A stretch of 64,000 bases of DNA from Camelus ferus. Lineage: Eukaryota. Within the stretch, counting starts at the first letter, position 1. Each line of letters opens with the position of its first letter. Both the position numbers and the translations under genes were made by a program. The notes under the pieces were generated by a model that saw only the letters and a program-made list of their open reading frames with translations, was not told where the DNA came from and ran no database searches. The DNA lies in the NCBI RefSeq assembly GCF_009834535.1, contig NC_045707.1, positions 61,754,001 to 61,818,000 of the forward strand, read 5' to 3'. Positions 52,701 to 64,000 of the stretch are shown here, piece after piece.

Positions 52701-54629
52701 ACTGGGAGTTGGGTGTTCCACCGTGAAGAGAGATAAAATTCATGGCACTGCAAGGAAATGAAATATGAGACACATCTGAGAAGAAAAAAAAGGTTTGAAT
52801 TTTCAAACAAACAATAATGTGGCATTGAAGAAACTTTCCATAAACAGTACAATGTTTCTGGACAAGAATAATTAGGTTGTGATTAAAAGTTTTCGTTTTT
52901 ACTTATCTTTATTCCCGAGAGTCATGACATCTCTTTATGCTCAAATACCCAAGTAATAGATCATTAACTGTAACCATCCATGTTTGTTCCTTTTCACTGC
53001 AGTTCTATTTTAAGCATGACAGAGAATCAAGAGGCACGGTACCAAAGGGTAAAAAAATTAGTGCAGATGAACGATTTTAGGACAGCATGAGAAACTACTT
53101 TGCATCATAAAGGTTTCTGCAAAATATTTAGAGATAGAGATAGATGGGGGAAACACGTCACCATTTTCTCCTAAAGAAATATAACATTTATCACCTTTAC
53201 ATTATGTGAGGGATGTGATTTTAATGAGAAAGAACTCTTTACAAGGTGGAAAGAATATTTACTTAAGTTATTGAATTTATTTGAGATTGTATAAACATCA
53301 GGAAACATGGCAACCCGGCTCTTAATTTTTGTCAATTGATAGGAATCTGGTAAAATACTGCTGGAAGGTGTCTCTAGTGAACATGGCTTACAGACCATCT
53401 AAATAGCATTTTAGGCATTTCAGCATCTTCAGATGCATCCATTTGGCACAGCTCCCCTCTGCATAAGGGATTTGAATTTAGCCCCAGACCAGCAAGTGTA
53501 GAACCTAGATTAGACTTTACACAGCCAGAGGCTGTCTGTATATGCTGTAGAAAGGTGAATAATGGGGTAGAGGATGAGCTCTGAATCAATATCAATAGAC
53601 TACCAGGAAAAAAGAAATCTTCAGAATGTTTTCTCCTTGGCTGGAAGGGGAAATCTGACTGTTCTGTAGATCTGTGGCTTGTTAATGGCGGTAACTTCAT
53701 ATTCTGCTCTTTTTTGTTCTCACACTTGGTAAAGCACTCTCTAGTTCCTGAGCATGCGAATACATCTTGTTGACCAATTAATAATTAGAGAAAGGAAAAG
53801 CATAAAGTCAGAAAGCATGAATTTTTTTTGCTGTAGATCTAGAATGTTAAAAGCTGAAATAGACACGAGGTTGAGAGAGACATTATTATCAGTAAAATCA
53901 GCCTGAATTTAAAATATTTTCATCATTCAATAGTCTGAGGGCCAGATTCTCACAACATTTATCCTAAATATTTACAAAAGCAATGCTTCGTTGCATAACG
54001 TACCCATGTTCACTTGGAACTGAACACGTGCACAGTAGACAAATGGCTTAGCTATCCCAGTCTCTACCAGCGGTACCAGTAACATGGCTGGGGAGGCTGT
54101 GATAGTTATCTTTTAAGACAACAATTTCAAATAACTTGGGAATATATTTTAAGTTTCCATACATTTTTTTCTTACTAACCTGATGTTACATTAAAATGTC
54201 TAAATTAATCAGACATTTTTGTTTTAAAACCGTACAGCTCTGTGAGAATTCTTTATTCATCTATTCAGTATAGAAAAACAAATATGTAATGCTAGGAAAA
54301 ATACTTTTTGAGAATATACTTAGAATTTTTTAAAAAAGAATACTTTAATACCTTATTGTGAACATATTACTCTTCACTAAGGATTTAACTAAAGACTTTT
54401 TATACAAAGTTTTCTGTATTTTAACACAGCCTTTAACTTTTTCTTTCAGATATATAAACCAGCCATCAGTAAGCTTAAACATTAATCTAAGAAAACTGAA
54501 TCTAGTTTAAAAACCACAAAGAGCAATTATTTCAAAGCAATGTTATATATTTAAATAGCAGTTGAGCTTTCCAAGTATCTTTGCATGTGTAATAATCAAA
54601 TGAGATTACGTATTCCATGGAAATCACAT

Positions 54630-54775
54630 GAGACACTTTAATTTCCTCTGCAAATGAGAAATCTAAGTCTCATAGAAATCTAAGGCTCACTCTTTTTACA
54701 TCGTCAGTAAAAACTAGAGCCAGAATTTGGATTAAAGTCACCGGAATGCTTATTCAGTGCACTTTGGATGACCCC
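54630..54775 (-). mobile_element. MIR fragment
   Basis: gcaaatgagaaatctaagtctcataga...ctaaggctcac...agagccagaatttgga...ttcagtgcactt. Confidence 0.6.
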
Positions 54776-54849
54776 ATATTGCTCTCACGTTAGCCATGCA
54801 AATATGCAGAAACTAGTAATTTTTATAATTTGATTAGTTGAACAATTTT

Positions 54850-55130
54850 CATTATTTTTATATAAAACTATGTATGAATTATATACTTTCAAGAATAGAG
54901 AAGCAAAATGAAGTTAGTAAAATTCCCCAGTTATATCAAACCACCTAGCAATAACATGTTAACTTTTAGGTAAATTTTCTCACAGACTTGGTAACACACT
55001 TACGTATGTATTAAAAAAACAGAATCACAATTCACATACTGCTTTATAATCCGCTTGTTTTTTCTGTTTAGTAATATATCGCAACCTCTTTTCCATATTA
55101 TCACATATCCCACAGAATCATTCATAGAAT
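54850..55130 (-). mobile_element. Old LINE-1 3'UTR fragment (L1ME-like)
   Basis: catactgctttataatccgcttgtttttt...aatatatcgcaacctctttccatat pattern. Confidence 0.55.
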
Positions 55131-55785
55131 CTTTCCCCTATTATTTTTTTCTCTTGTGTTTAATAATGTCAGATACACAAAGGGATCTTCTCCAACCTGT
55201 GGTGAGAAGTAATCTATCAATAAACCTCACCATGTCCCAAATGAACATTAGAACTACAGAAGGTCCTGCATTTTCACTTCTGACTGAGTTTTCCAGGAGC
55301 TTCAAGAATGAACATCCTGTTCAGTTGTTTCTCGCAGGAGGTAGGAGTTGGTGAACAGGATAGAACATTTCAGAAGGCAAAGTCAGTGACTTGTAATGAA
55401 GCTCACGTCTCCATCAGACATGGTAAATGGCAGATACATTTGTCTGGATGCCCGCTGTCCCTTTGATAACTTGCATAGCTATTTTCAAGACAGGGTACAT
55501 GCGGAGATTTTGTGAAAAAAAAATTTAAATTTCCTAGGTTTCCAGGTGAGGGATTCATTGAATATTTGAGTATCTATATAAATAGACGTTGCAATATACC
55601 AGATTATAAAAGGAGATCTCTAAAAAGTAAATAATTTGACTTGACAAGTGATAAAGAGATAAAGATTGATAAGCAGTATTTCATACTCATTACACCTTAA
55701 AATGTTAGCCTAAATATTTACAGAAATATATACTGTGATTTTCCATTGTGGGAACCATATTTCTAAAATAATATAATCCTACTTC

Positions 55786-55896
55786 ATGGATGACCAGCAC
55801 CCCTGTTATTGTGGGACTGAGGGCTTTTGAAGACGTGGGATTATGAGGGCTAAAATCAGGGAATGTCTGGAACAAACCAGATGGTTGGTCACCTTA
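55786..55896 (+). mobile_element. MER81-like hAT-Blackjack MITE
   Basis: Inverted ends ggatgacca / tggtcacctta; internal gggactgaggg...gctaaaatcaggga; 8-bp TSD cctacttc / cctgcttt. Confidence 0.85.
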
Positions 55897-56309
55897 CCTG
55901 CTTTGGTCTCACTGTCCTGTCCACAAGGAAATAACTGTAGTATTGTTGGAAGTGTGAGGACAAAGGCCTGGAGGGAAATTAAAAATCAAAACTAACAGAA
56001 ACCATGAAGATAATAAGGTCCACAAGCAAGGGTTGACTTCTGGGCAGTCTAGGAAATAATTTCCAAGGGAGTTTCATTACCTAGAATTTCTTAGAGGACC
56101 CTAACTGGCCACAGGATGATAGTCTACTTGGGTCTTAAAGGCACAGCCCTTTATACTTAGCATCTGATATTTGTGGCAAATTGAAAATCTTTAGGGAATC
56201 CCTAAAGGATACTTTAATTTCTTTTAATCTAATGCTGAAACTAAGATGTTCAAACGTCCAATAAGAATTCTAGTTCTTTCTCAGGGATTTATTGAAATTA
56301 TTTAGAACA

Positions 56310-57105
56310 TTAGAAATAAATCTGTTTTTATTCATAGACAACATGATTGTCTACTTAGAAAATTCTAAAGACTCTACAAGAGAGCTTTTGGAATTAATAA
56401 GTGAGTTTAGTAAGTTCACAGGATACAAGGTCAAATACAAATCAATAGTGTATCTATAGACTAGCAATGAAAAATTGGAATTTAAATTAAAAAATAGTAA
56501 TACCATTTATTAAACGAAAAAGCAAAATACCCAATGTTATGATCTGAATGTTTGTACGCATCCCCCAAATCCGTATGTTGAAATCCTGAGCTCCGAGGTA
56601 GTTGGAGGTGGAGCATTTGGGAGATGGTTAGTCATGAAGACGAAGTCCTTGAGAATGAGATTAGTGCTGTTATAGACAGGGCACCAGAGGGCTTGTTTGC
56701 CCCTCTGCTACGTGAGGACACAGCAAAAGGGCTAGGATCCAGAAAAGGGCTTCACCAGATATTGGACTTCCCAGCCTCCAGAACAGTGAAAAATAAATTT
56801 CTGTTGTTTATAAGCCACCCAGTTTGTGGCATTTTGTTATGGTAGCCTAAACGGACTACGAAATGTAGGTACAAATCTAACAAAATATAAGCAGCATCTG
56901 TGTGGTGAGAAATGTGAAACATTGATGAAATAAATTAAAGATGACCTAAACAAATGGAGAGGCATTCTGTGTTCATGGATTGGAAGACACAATATCGTTA
57001 AAATATTCCTTTTTACCAAACGGATCTATAAATTTAATGCAAACGTAATCAAAATCCCCAAAGTATATTTTATAAATATTGACAAACTGATTTTTAAAAT
57101 TTAGC
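56310..57105 (+). mobile_element. LINE-1 ORF2 fragment (RT and downstream), split by an MLT1A0 LTR
   Basis: ttattcatagacaacatgattgtctac (FADDMI-like), aataagtgagtttag...caggatacaaggtca. Resumes after the LTR with ggtacaaatctaacaaaa...tgttcatggattggaaga. Confidence 0.88.
56535..56863 (+). mobile_element. MaLR solo LTR, MLT1A0-like
   Basis: tgttatgatctgaatgtttgt...cccccaaatccgtatgttgaaatcct...ttggacttcccagcctccagaacagtgaaaaataaatttctgttgtttataagccacccagt. Confidence 0.92.
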
Positions 57106-57129
57106 AGCGGTTCAGATGTCAATGACAAT

Positions 57130-58800
57130 TCATATCCTTGACAGGAACATTTGCATTTGTTTTATCTTATTTTTGTATTGGGGTAGAGTATTCAAACACA
57201 CTACTTCACAAAGTCGATTTGACAGACACAGTTTAACAGACAAAGTCAGTACTATTGGAAAACCCAGAGTAATAAATTGAGGGTTACAAGCACCACAGAA
57301 ATTATGTGTCATTAATCATGCCCACATATGCCTGGTTTTCTTTCAACACCTCCTTTCTGACCCTTTGGACAATTTGCCTGTCCCGTTACCATAGCATTCT
57401 AATCGCTAGAACCTAAAGTTGTTTTGATGTCTGGTAAAAGTCTTCCTACTTTGTTGTACATGATGTACATCTTACATGTTACCTTGGGTTCTGTCCGTGA
57501 CACCTGCCTCCTGGTCCCAGAGATGCGTGCTCCACTTGACGCTAATGCACTAGATTAACTGTGTGGGACACCTAGGTTCACCACTGATCCGTCATCACCT
57601 TTGATCAGGTTGAGGAAGTGTTTTATCAGGTTGTCCAAGGTGTTTTATCATGAACGCATTATGAATTTCATCCTATGCATTTTCTACACACTGCAACAAT
57701 GTCATTAGTTGAATTTAAAACTCAGAACTCATCTTGAATTCCTGTGATAAACACAAGTGAATACGATGTAATGTTATTCGCCTGTGCTGTGCATTGCTTT
57801 GTTTATGTTTTGCTTAGGGTTTATGGAAAAATACTGGCGTGTCATTTTCTTATATTGCTCTTACCAGATTTTGACCAGACTGGGTTTACATAATTTATTA
57901 TGAAATGTTTATACTTTTTGTATTCTCTGACAGAATTTTATATATTATAGACAATATATATTTTTTAATATTTGGATATGGAACTTAGTTGAGAAAACCA
58001 TGTGTTCAGGTGGAACATTTATGAATCATTTTGTTTAATTTTTTTCATTACACATACTAAATTTATTTAGTAGTTCTAGAATTATTCAATTTTTTTATTT
58101 ACACTTGTGTCAGTTTGGGTAATTATATTTTTAATTCATCCATTTACTGGGGCATAAATTTATCCATTATCTGGGGCATAAATATTTTATAATACTCTCG
58201 GTTGGTTTATTTAATATATGAGAAACCTCTAGCCATGTTTCCTTTGTCTCTTCTGACTTGGGTTATTTAAAACTCCTCTCACATTTTTATTGTTCGCTCA
58301 TGCCAGAATAATCACACTTTAATTAGGTATTTTAAAATATGAATTTTGTTGATCCTTACCATTGTTTAATTTTTATTTATTTTATTAGTAAGTATTATTC
58401 CCAGGATTTTCTCCCCTCAGCATTTTCCAGGTGTACTTTGCTATTTTTCTAAATTCTGGACTGGTATCTAAGCTCTTTAATTTTCCTTTTTTTTTCATTT
58501 TTCTAACATGCATATTTATTTATTTTTCATTAATTTCAGGCTTTTATTATAAATTATTTTTATTAACATTCCATTGAAATTACTTAATTTTAAAATTTGA
58601 TAACCTTTTTTTCTTTGCTTTCAGATTGATTGCCTATATCTTACCATTATACCCTACTTTTCCATATATTAGTTTAGAGATATATACTGTTTTTATTCCT
58701 TTAAAGGTTACCTCAGTGCTTACAGCATGCATAACTCTTCCTATATATTCCTTCTCATTCTGGTTGCAGAATTAATATGCTTACACACTTTGAATGGTGC
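57130..58800 (-). mobile_element. Highly decayed old LINE-1 (L1ME/L1M5-like) ORF2
   Basis: T-rich antisense text with landmarks (ttgatgtctggtaa, atcaggttgaggaag, cttgaattcctgtgataaac, aaaaccatgtg, cagtttgggtaattatattt). Confidence 0.65.
58138..58185. repeat. 2 x 24-bp diverged tandem duplication inside the old L1
   Basis: atccatttactggggcataaattt / atccattatctggggcataaatat. Confidence 0.85.
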
Positions 58801-60809
58801 CCTAATAATTACCAGATAAATCTAGAATCATTTGTTGATTTTAGGCTTCTGATCTGGATGACATTTTCAGTCTTATCTACCACAACTTTCTTTAATGCTC
58901 CATCATTCTAGATTGAACTCTTCACTATTACTCCCTCTTTGCTCTGTTTCCCACCCTTGGTTCCACCTGTAATATTCTTCTTTAATATCATAACACGTAG
59001 TGATATTGTAGTCTTCAGCCCCCAGTTCACAGATTGTCAGTTTCTCATAGGTTTCCCTGGCCTCTCCAATCAAAAACTTAGTTTTCCTGCCTTGGCACTA
59101 CATGTGTAACTCAGTTTCAATCTTAAATTACCATTATTTGAGTACGTATCTTTTCTACACTCCTAGAGAACATGCATGAGTTTAAATGATGATGTGTTTT
59201 ATCATCCTTGGATGCCCATTGTGTTTGGCCAGTTGCCTTGCCTGAAGTAGGTGCAGTTGAAATGCAGAAGGCTGACTGAATAAATGAATAAATGAATGAA
59301 TGAACCAACCAGTTGGCATAGGGTAATGCCACATTGTCCTTGGCTGATTGGAAATTGGCATCCATTCAGTGAGACACTCGAAACTGTTTCCACAACAAAG
59401 CTGCATGCTTCGTATAGTAGATGGTCGGTGATTGATCCTATTAAATTGCAACAGCACCTGTTTCCCTTTTTAATGTATTTTCAGTGCATATCAAGCATGC
59501 TTGATAATGCGGGCTTTAATTGTTCTAAATTGGTTTGAGTCCACTGAAATAATAAATGAGGCAATTTTGTCTTCAGAGACAATGGACTTTAATGAGAATA
59601 TTTCTGTATCTGGCAATTTGCAGTCATAATTTATTTATAGCAGGGCTTATGATTCATCGTTACAATTTCTTTCAAATTTTGTAAGAAAAATCATCTCCAC
59701 GAGTACAAGTGTCTTATTCTGGCAGCTGTTCTTCACTAGCTGATATTTTCTGCAAGCTCTAAGCTTAACATTAGCAGCTTTCAGCTTAATTTTTCTTTGT
59801 TTACATTTGGAATATGTTCACCATATAAAAACAGTCTCAACATAAGAATGCAAGAAAGATATAAGTGTAATTGTAGCAGGGCCGGGCAGCAAACTGCAGT
59901 CTTTGATCCCAGGTGAGGATGAGGGATACAGAAATCATTCCTTCCCCTTGGTGAGAATCTATAAATAGAAACTGGATCAAATTTTTTTTTTCCAGAAGTC
60001 TTATTGTACCCCATGGGTTTCTCTAGAAACGTTTGCTTTGTGAAGATTTAGCCACTTCCCAAGGTTCTAAAGAATGACAATTATTTTTTATTGGTTTTTT
60101 CTCCCCCAAGTAATTGTAATCTCTGGTTGCTGGGGAAAGAATGGGTTGACGTGATTGCAGCATTATAGTAGTATTTTTAACCAGTTTCAGTCTCTATTTA
60201 TTACTTTCATTCTATCTGTGCGCATTTTGTGACAAATCCATCAAGTATCTGTAAAGCAGTTCAGAGGCTGGGAATACTTGGATAACGGCCGACTACCTGA
60301 AACTTTATAGCTGCATTCAAAACACTGGGAGACAGTGAAAGGCCCTGGCACAAAAGAAGGGGATGGAAGCAGTGGGTGGCTGCTCAATTTGCTTCCTCTT
60401 CTTGCAAAAATATTTGGCTAAACTGATGTCCAGTATATGCAGGTCATAATAATTCCCTTATCAGTTTGTTTTAACTTCAATTATTCACACACAAACACAC
60501 GCATTTGTCTTCATCTGTATTGAAAAAAATTCCTGTAAATGTTAAACAGAAAAGTCAGGAACTGATGCTAAGAAAAGGCTTTCCAAACCCAAGACAGAGG
60601 TGGGGGTGTTAGCCTCGAATTAAAACAGTCAGACAAACGCATGAACATGCAGACATGAGACATGAAGCAACCACGTTTTGTCTGAATGTGTATCTGTCTG
60701 ACCACAGACAAGAGATAAATATACCTTATCCCTTGAAATAACCCCCCACAGACAGACGCTCTAGAGTAGTGGGAATAAAATACCCTTGGGAGTTGGACAG
60801 AATTATCCA

Positions 60810-60980
60810 TTGCAGATACGTTATTTACTAGCGTTGACAAATCTCTTCACCTCTCTGAACTTCAGTTTCTTCTTCTGTTAAATGGAGTTAATAAAACCTA
60901 CATCATAAACTAATGGGAGGATTAATGGAAATGACATGTAGAAAGTGCTTGGTGTATAGAAGGCATTTAGTAATACAAGC
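60810..60980 (+). mobile_element. MIR SINE
   Basis: acctctctgaacttcagtttcttcttctgttaaatggagttaataaaacctac...gaggattaatggaaatgacatgtagaaagtgctt, a well-preserved MIR core. Confidence 0.9.
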
Positions 60981-62109
60981 TTCACCTCCCAATTATAATT
61001 GTCTAGCTTCCCATTAGAAAATATAGAATTCAGTTGCATTGAGAAATGCTTGAATATAGGATGGTTTCGGTCCTCAATATGGACTGTCTTAGGACCTTAC
61101 CACCATTGTACTATAGTGTATCCATACAAGGACTGCTCTAAGCTGCTTTTTGTCTACATCCTTAGTTTTGATGATCCACTGTCTCCTTAAAACTTGGTTC
61201 CATGATTAACATTCAATTTCCTGGCCCCTTCTTTAAAGTTCAACTTTACGTTGGGTTTTAAATTTCAATCTGATAATGTCATCTTCAGTTTCTCACTGGC
61301 TCCTTGTTGAGATATATCTGTTTCTATTTTCCTCACTCTTAGCCCTTAAGGATCCCTGAATTTCTTGATTTCTCCAGGTTAAGACACATTTTTATAATCA
61401 GATATAGCAAATTTCAGTACCCTTAGTGGTAGACAGTGAACTCAGATTCAACTTTAAAATTCTTCCATATCATTAAATTCATCATTAGAGTGAGCATAAT
61501 TGAAAGTCAAGGAATTGATGGGTATTGTGGAGGATCTGGAGGAAGTAAAATCTAGATGGTGCTTTCATGGTATCAAATATTCTAGTTAATTAATGTTCTA
61601 GTACAGGTAGAACTTTTGAAGACTTTTGAAATAAAGTGAATGTTCCGAATTATCAGTGCCTTTTGTGGCCAGTATTTGAGATAGCAGAGCCTGAGTGGGT
61701 CTGAGAAGAAAGGCAAGCATCACCAGTTGTGAATAAGAAAATGCAGATGAAGTGATTGTGAACAGACGATACATCATGTCCCTAAGCATCAAAGTAGGAA
61801 TTACTGTTGCATGTACTAGGGGGAAGACGACATATCTCTGGGTGTAGTTCCTAGGAGTAGTTCATATAGGTCTGTGATTCTTTAAGACAGCCTCTGTGAC
61901 TTCTACATTTTGTTGGAATATTTGGCAATGGATTGACAATCCAAATTGTTAAATTGTCAGCTTAAAAAGCAGACATTGTCATACCACTATTTCTGGGATG
62001 GAAATTAAGATAGTATAAAGATGATCTAAGAGGTGACTGTCATTGATGTCTATGCAAAATAAACTACCTTTACTGTTTGAAATGACCAAAGACACAGTAT
62101 GGAACTGGT

Positions 62110-63260
62110 CAGTTTTACATGTGGATAGCCAGTTTTCCAACTTCATTCATTGAAGAGACTCTCATTTCCCCGCTGTGTACTTTTTGTACCCTTGCCAAAG
62201 ATCAGTTGACAGTGTATCCACGGCTTTTTTTTTCTGAGTTCTCTGCTCTGTACCATTGGTCTAGTCATCTGTTTTTATTCCAGTACCATACTGTTGTAAT
62301 TACTGTGGCTTTGTAATTTATTTTCAAATCAGGAAATGTGATGGCTCCAGCTTTGTTCTTTCTCAGTATTGCTTAGGCTATTTGGGGTCTTTTGTGATTC
62401 TACCTGAATTTTAGGATTTTAAAAAATTTTGTGAAAAAATACCATTGACATTTTGATAGGGATTCTATTGATTCCTAACATAGCTTGGGGTAGTATGGAT
62501 AATTTATCAATATTAAGTGTTCTGTGAAGACCGATGTCTTTTGATTTACCTGTGTCTTCATTAATTTCTTTCATCAATGTTTTATAGGTTTCAGCATACA
62601 AGTGTTTCAACTCCTTGGTTAAGTTTATTTTTCAATATTTTTTTTCTTTTTGATACCAATTATAGATGAGATTGTTTCTTAATTTTTCTTTTTGGACAGT
62701 TCACTGTTAGTGTCTAGACACACAAATAATTTTTGCATGTTGATTTTGTATGCTGCAGCTTTACTGAACTTGTTTATTAGTTATAAGTTTTTGGGGGGAG
62801 TCTAGCATTTTCTATATGTAAGAACATGTCATCCGCAAACAGAGATAATTTTTCTTCTTCCTTTCCAATTGGGATGTCTTCTATTTTTTTTTCTTGCCTC
62901 ATTACTCTGACCAGGGCTTCCAGTACCAAGTTGAATAGAAGTGGCAAGAGTAGGCATCCATGCCTTGCTCCTGATCTTAGAGGAAAGCTTTCAGATTTTC
63001 CCACTGCTTACGATGTTAGCTGTGGGCTTGTCATATGTGGCCTTTATCATATTGAGGTAGATTCCTTCTATTGCTAGTTTCTTAAGACTCCTTAACATCA
63101 AACATTTGTATTTTGTCAAATTCTTTTACTGTACCTATTGGGATGATCATGTGAATTTTACCCTTTGTTCTGTTAATATGGTGTATCACATTAATTGATT
63201 TTCATATGTTGAATTACCCTTGCATCCCAAGGACAAATCCCACACAGTCATGGTGTATGA
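62110..63260 (-). mobile_element. LINE-1 ORF2 RT segment (inverted 5' part of an L1MA/L1MB-age insertion)
   Basis: ORF 62777-63004(-) [25 protein letters not shown]...[15 protein letters not shown] is the L1 RT core. ORF 62419-62610(-) MKHLYAETYKTLMKEINED is the downstream ORF2 segment. Confidence 0.95.
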
Positions 63261-63860
63261 GCCGCTCTCCTATAAATAGGTGTTGGGAAAACTGGACAGC
63301 CACGTGAAAAAGGATGATATTGAACCCCTATCTTATGCCATACACAAAGATCAACTTGAAGTTGATGAAATATTTAAATGTAAGACCTGAACCTGAAAAA
63401 CTCCTAGAATAAAACATAGGAGAAAAGATTTATGACATTGATTTGGTCAGTGATTTCTTCCATATGACACCAAAAGCACAAATAAGAAAAGCAAAAATAG
63501 GTAAATGGACTCCATTGTAATAAAAACCTTCCGCACAACAAAGAAAACCATTAGCAAGAGTGAAAAGGCAACCTGCAGAATGGGAGAAACTACCTTCAAA
63601 GCCTATGTATGATTAAGGGATTAATATCCAAACATATGAAAGGAACTCTTACTATTCAATATTTTTAAAGTCATATAATTGGATTAAAGAACAGGCAAAG
63701 TGCTTGAATAATTTTTCCAAAGAAGATGCATAAATGACCAACAGGTGTATGAACAGGTGCTCAGCATCACTAATCATAAGGGAAATTCAAATTTAAAACA
63801 GTGAGATATCCTCTCACACAAATTAAGGTGACTATTTAAAAAAAATAAGAAGATAACAGA
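63261..63860 (+). mobile_element. LINE-1 ORF2 segment (non-inverted part), 3' end missing
   Basis: ggtgttgggaaaactggacagccac...aaatgtaagacctga...atgacaccaaaagcaca...aaaggcaacctgcagaatgggagaa...cagcatcactaatcat. Confidence 0.93.
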
Positions 63861-64000
63861 AGCTAGATTTTTTAAAACAAATTCCCCTGTCATTCACTTT
63901 GTGATGATAGTATTTGCACCATACTCCAGGCCATAATAGGAATAGCTAAAGAGGGCAATATTCTCTGTAATTAATGACATGGAGAATTCCTCAGGGAAAA

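Noticed and set aside
56310..58800. Adjacent sense and antisense L1 blocks as a second twin-priming inversion
   Set aside because: The order (sense then antisense) is wrong for twin priming, and the antisense block is clearly more decayed, so these are independent insertions.
59461..59540. Polypyrimidine tract + TTTTCAG as a coding-exon acceptor
   Set aside because: The listed reading frame closes at 59538, with no convincing donor or protein similarity. A non-coding exon cannot be excluded.
62777..63004. ORF with an intact FADD reverse-transcriptase motif as a possible novel RT system
   Set aside because: It is an ordinary L1 ORF2 fragment, surrounded by frameshifts and stops.
1..64000. 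tRNA/snRNA/rRNA genes, CpG-island promoter, NUMT, ERV internal genes
   Set aside because: None recognised by eye on either strand. A covariance-model scan (Infernal/tRNAscan-SE) would be needed to exclude decayed copies.

Overview
This is AT-rich eutherian mammal genomic DNA, most likely from a camelid. Three short L1 3' tails resemble the camel/alpaca L1 3' UTR as I recall it, and I see no Alu, Bov-tA/BovB, PRE-1, CHR-2 or Can-SINE. I find no credible protein-coding exon, RNA gene, CpG island or CRISPR array. The listed ORFs are noise, microsatellite translations or decayed L1/L2 reading frames. The window looks intergenic or deep intronic, possibly just downstream of a gene's poly(A) site (tandem AATAAA at 108-120). 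It is a mosaic of old transposons: L1MC/L1ME/L1MB-type LINEs, L2, MIR, MLT1A0, MLT1D, an ERV1-like LTR, MER58A, MER63A and MER81. The structures most worth a second look are: an L1 with twin-priming 5'-inversion geometry (62110-63860); a ~130-bp, ~80% identical local duplication, one copy of which carries a young L1 tail whose target-site duplication shows reciprocal CpG decay; a 3'UTR-like segment abutting an old L1 3' end; and several repeat-free, motif-dense candidate enhancers. I do not see evidence of a previously undescribed biological system. Repeat family names come from remembered consensus sequences, and boundaries are approximate (tens of bp for old elements).
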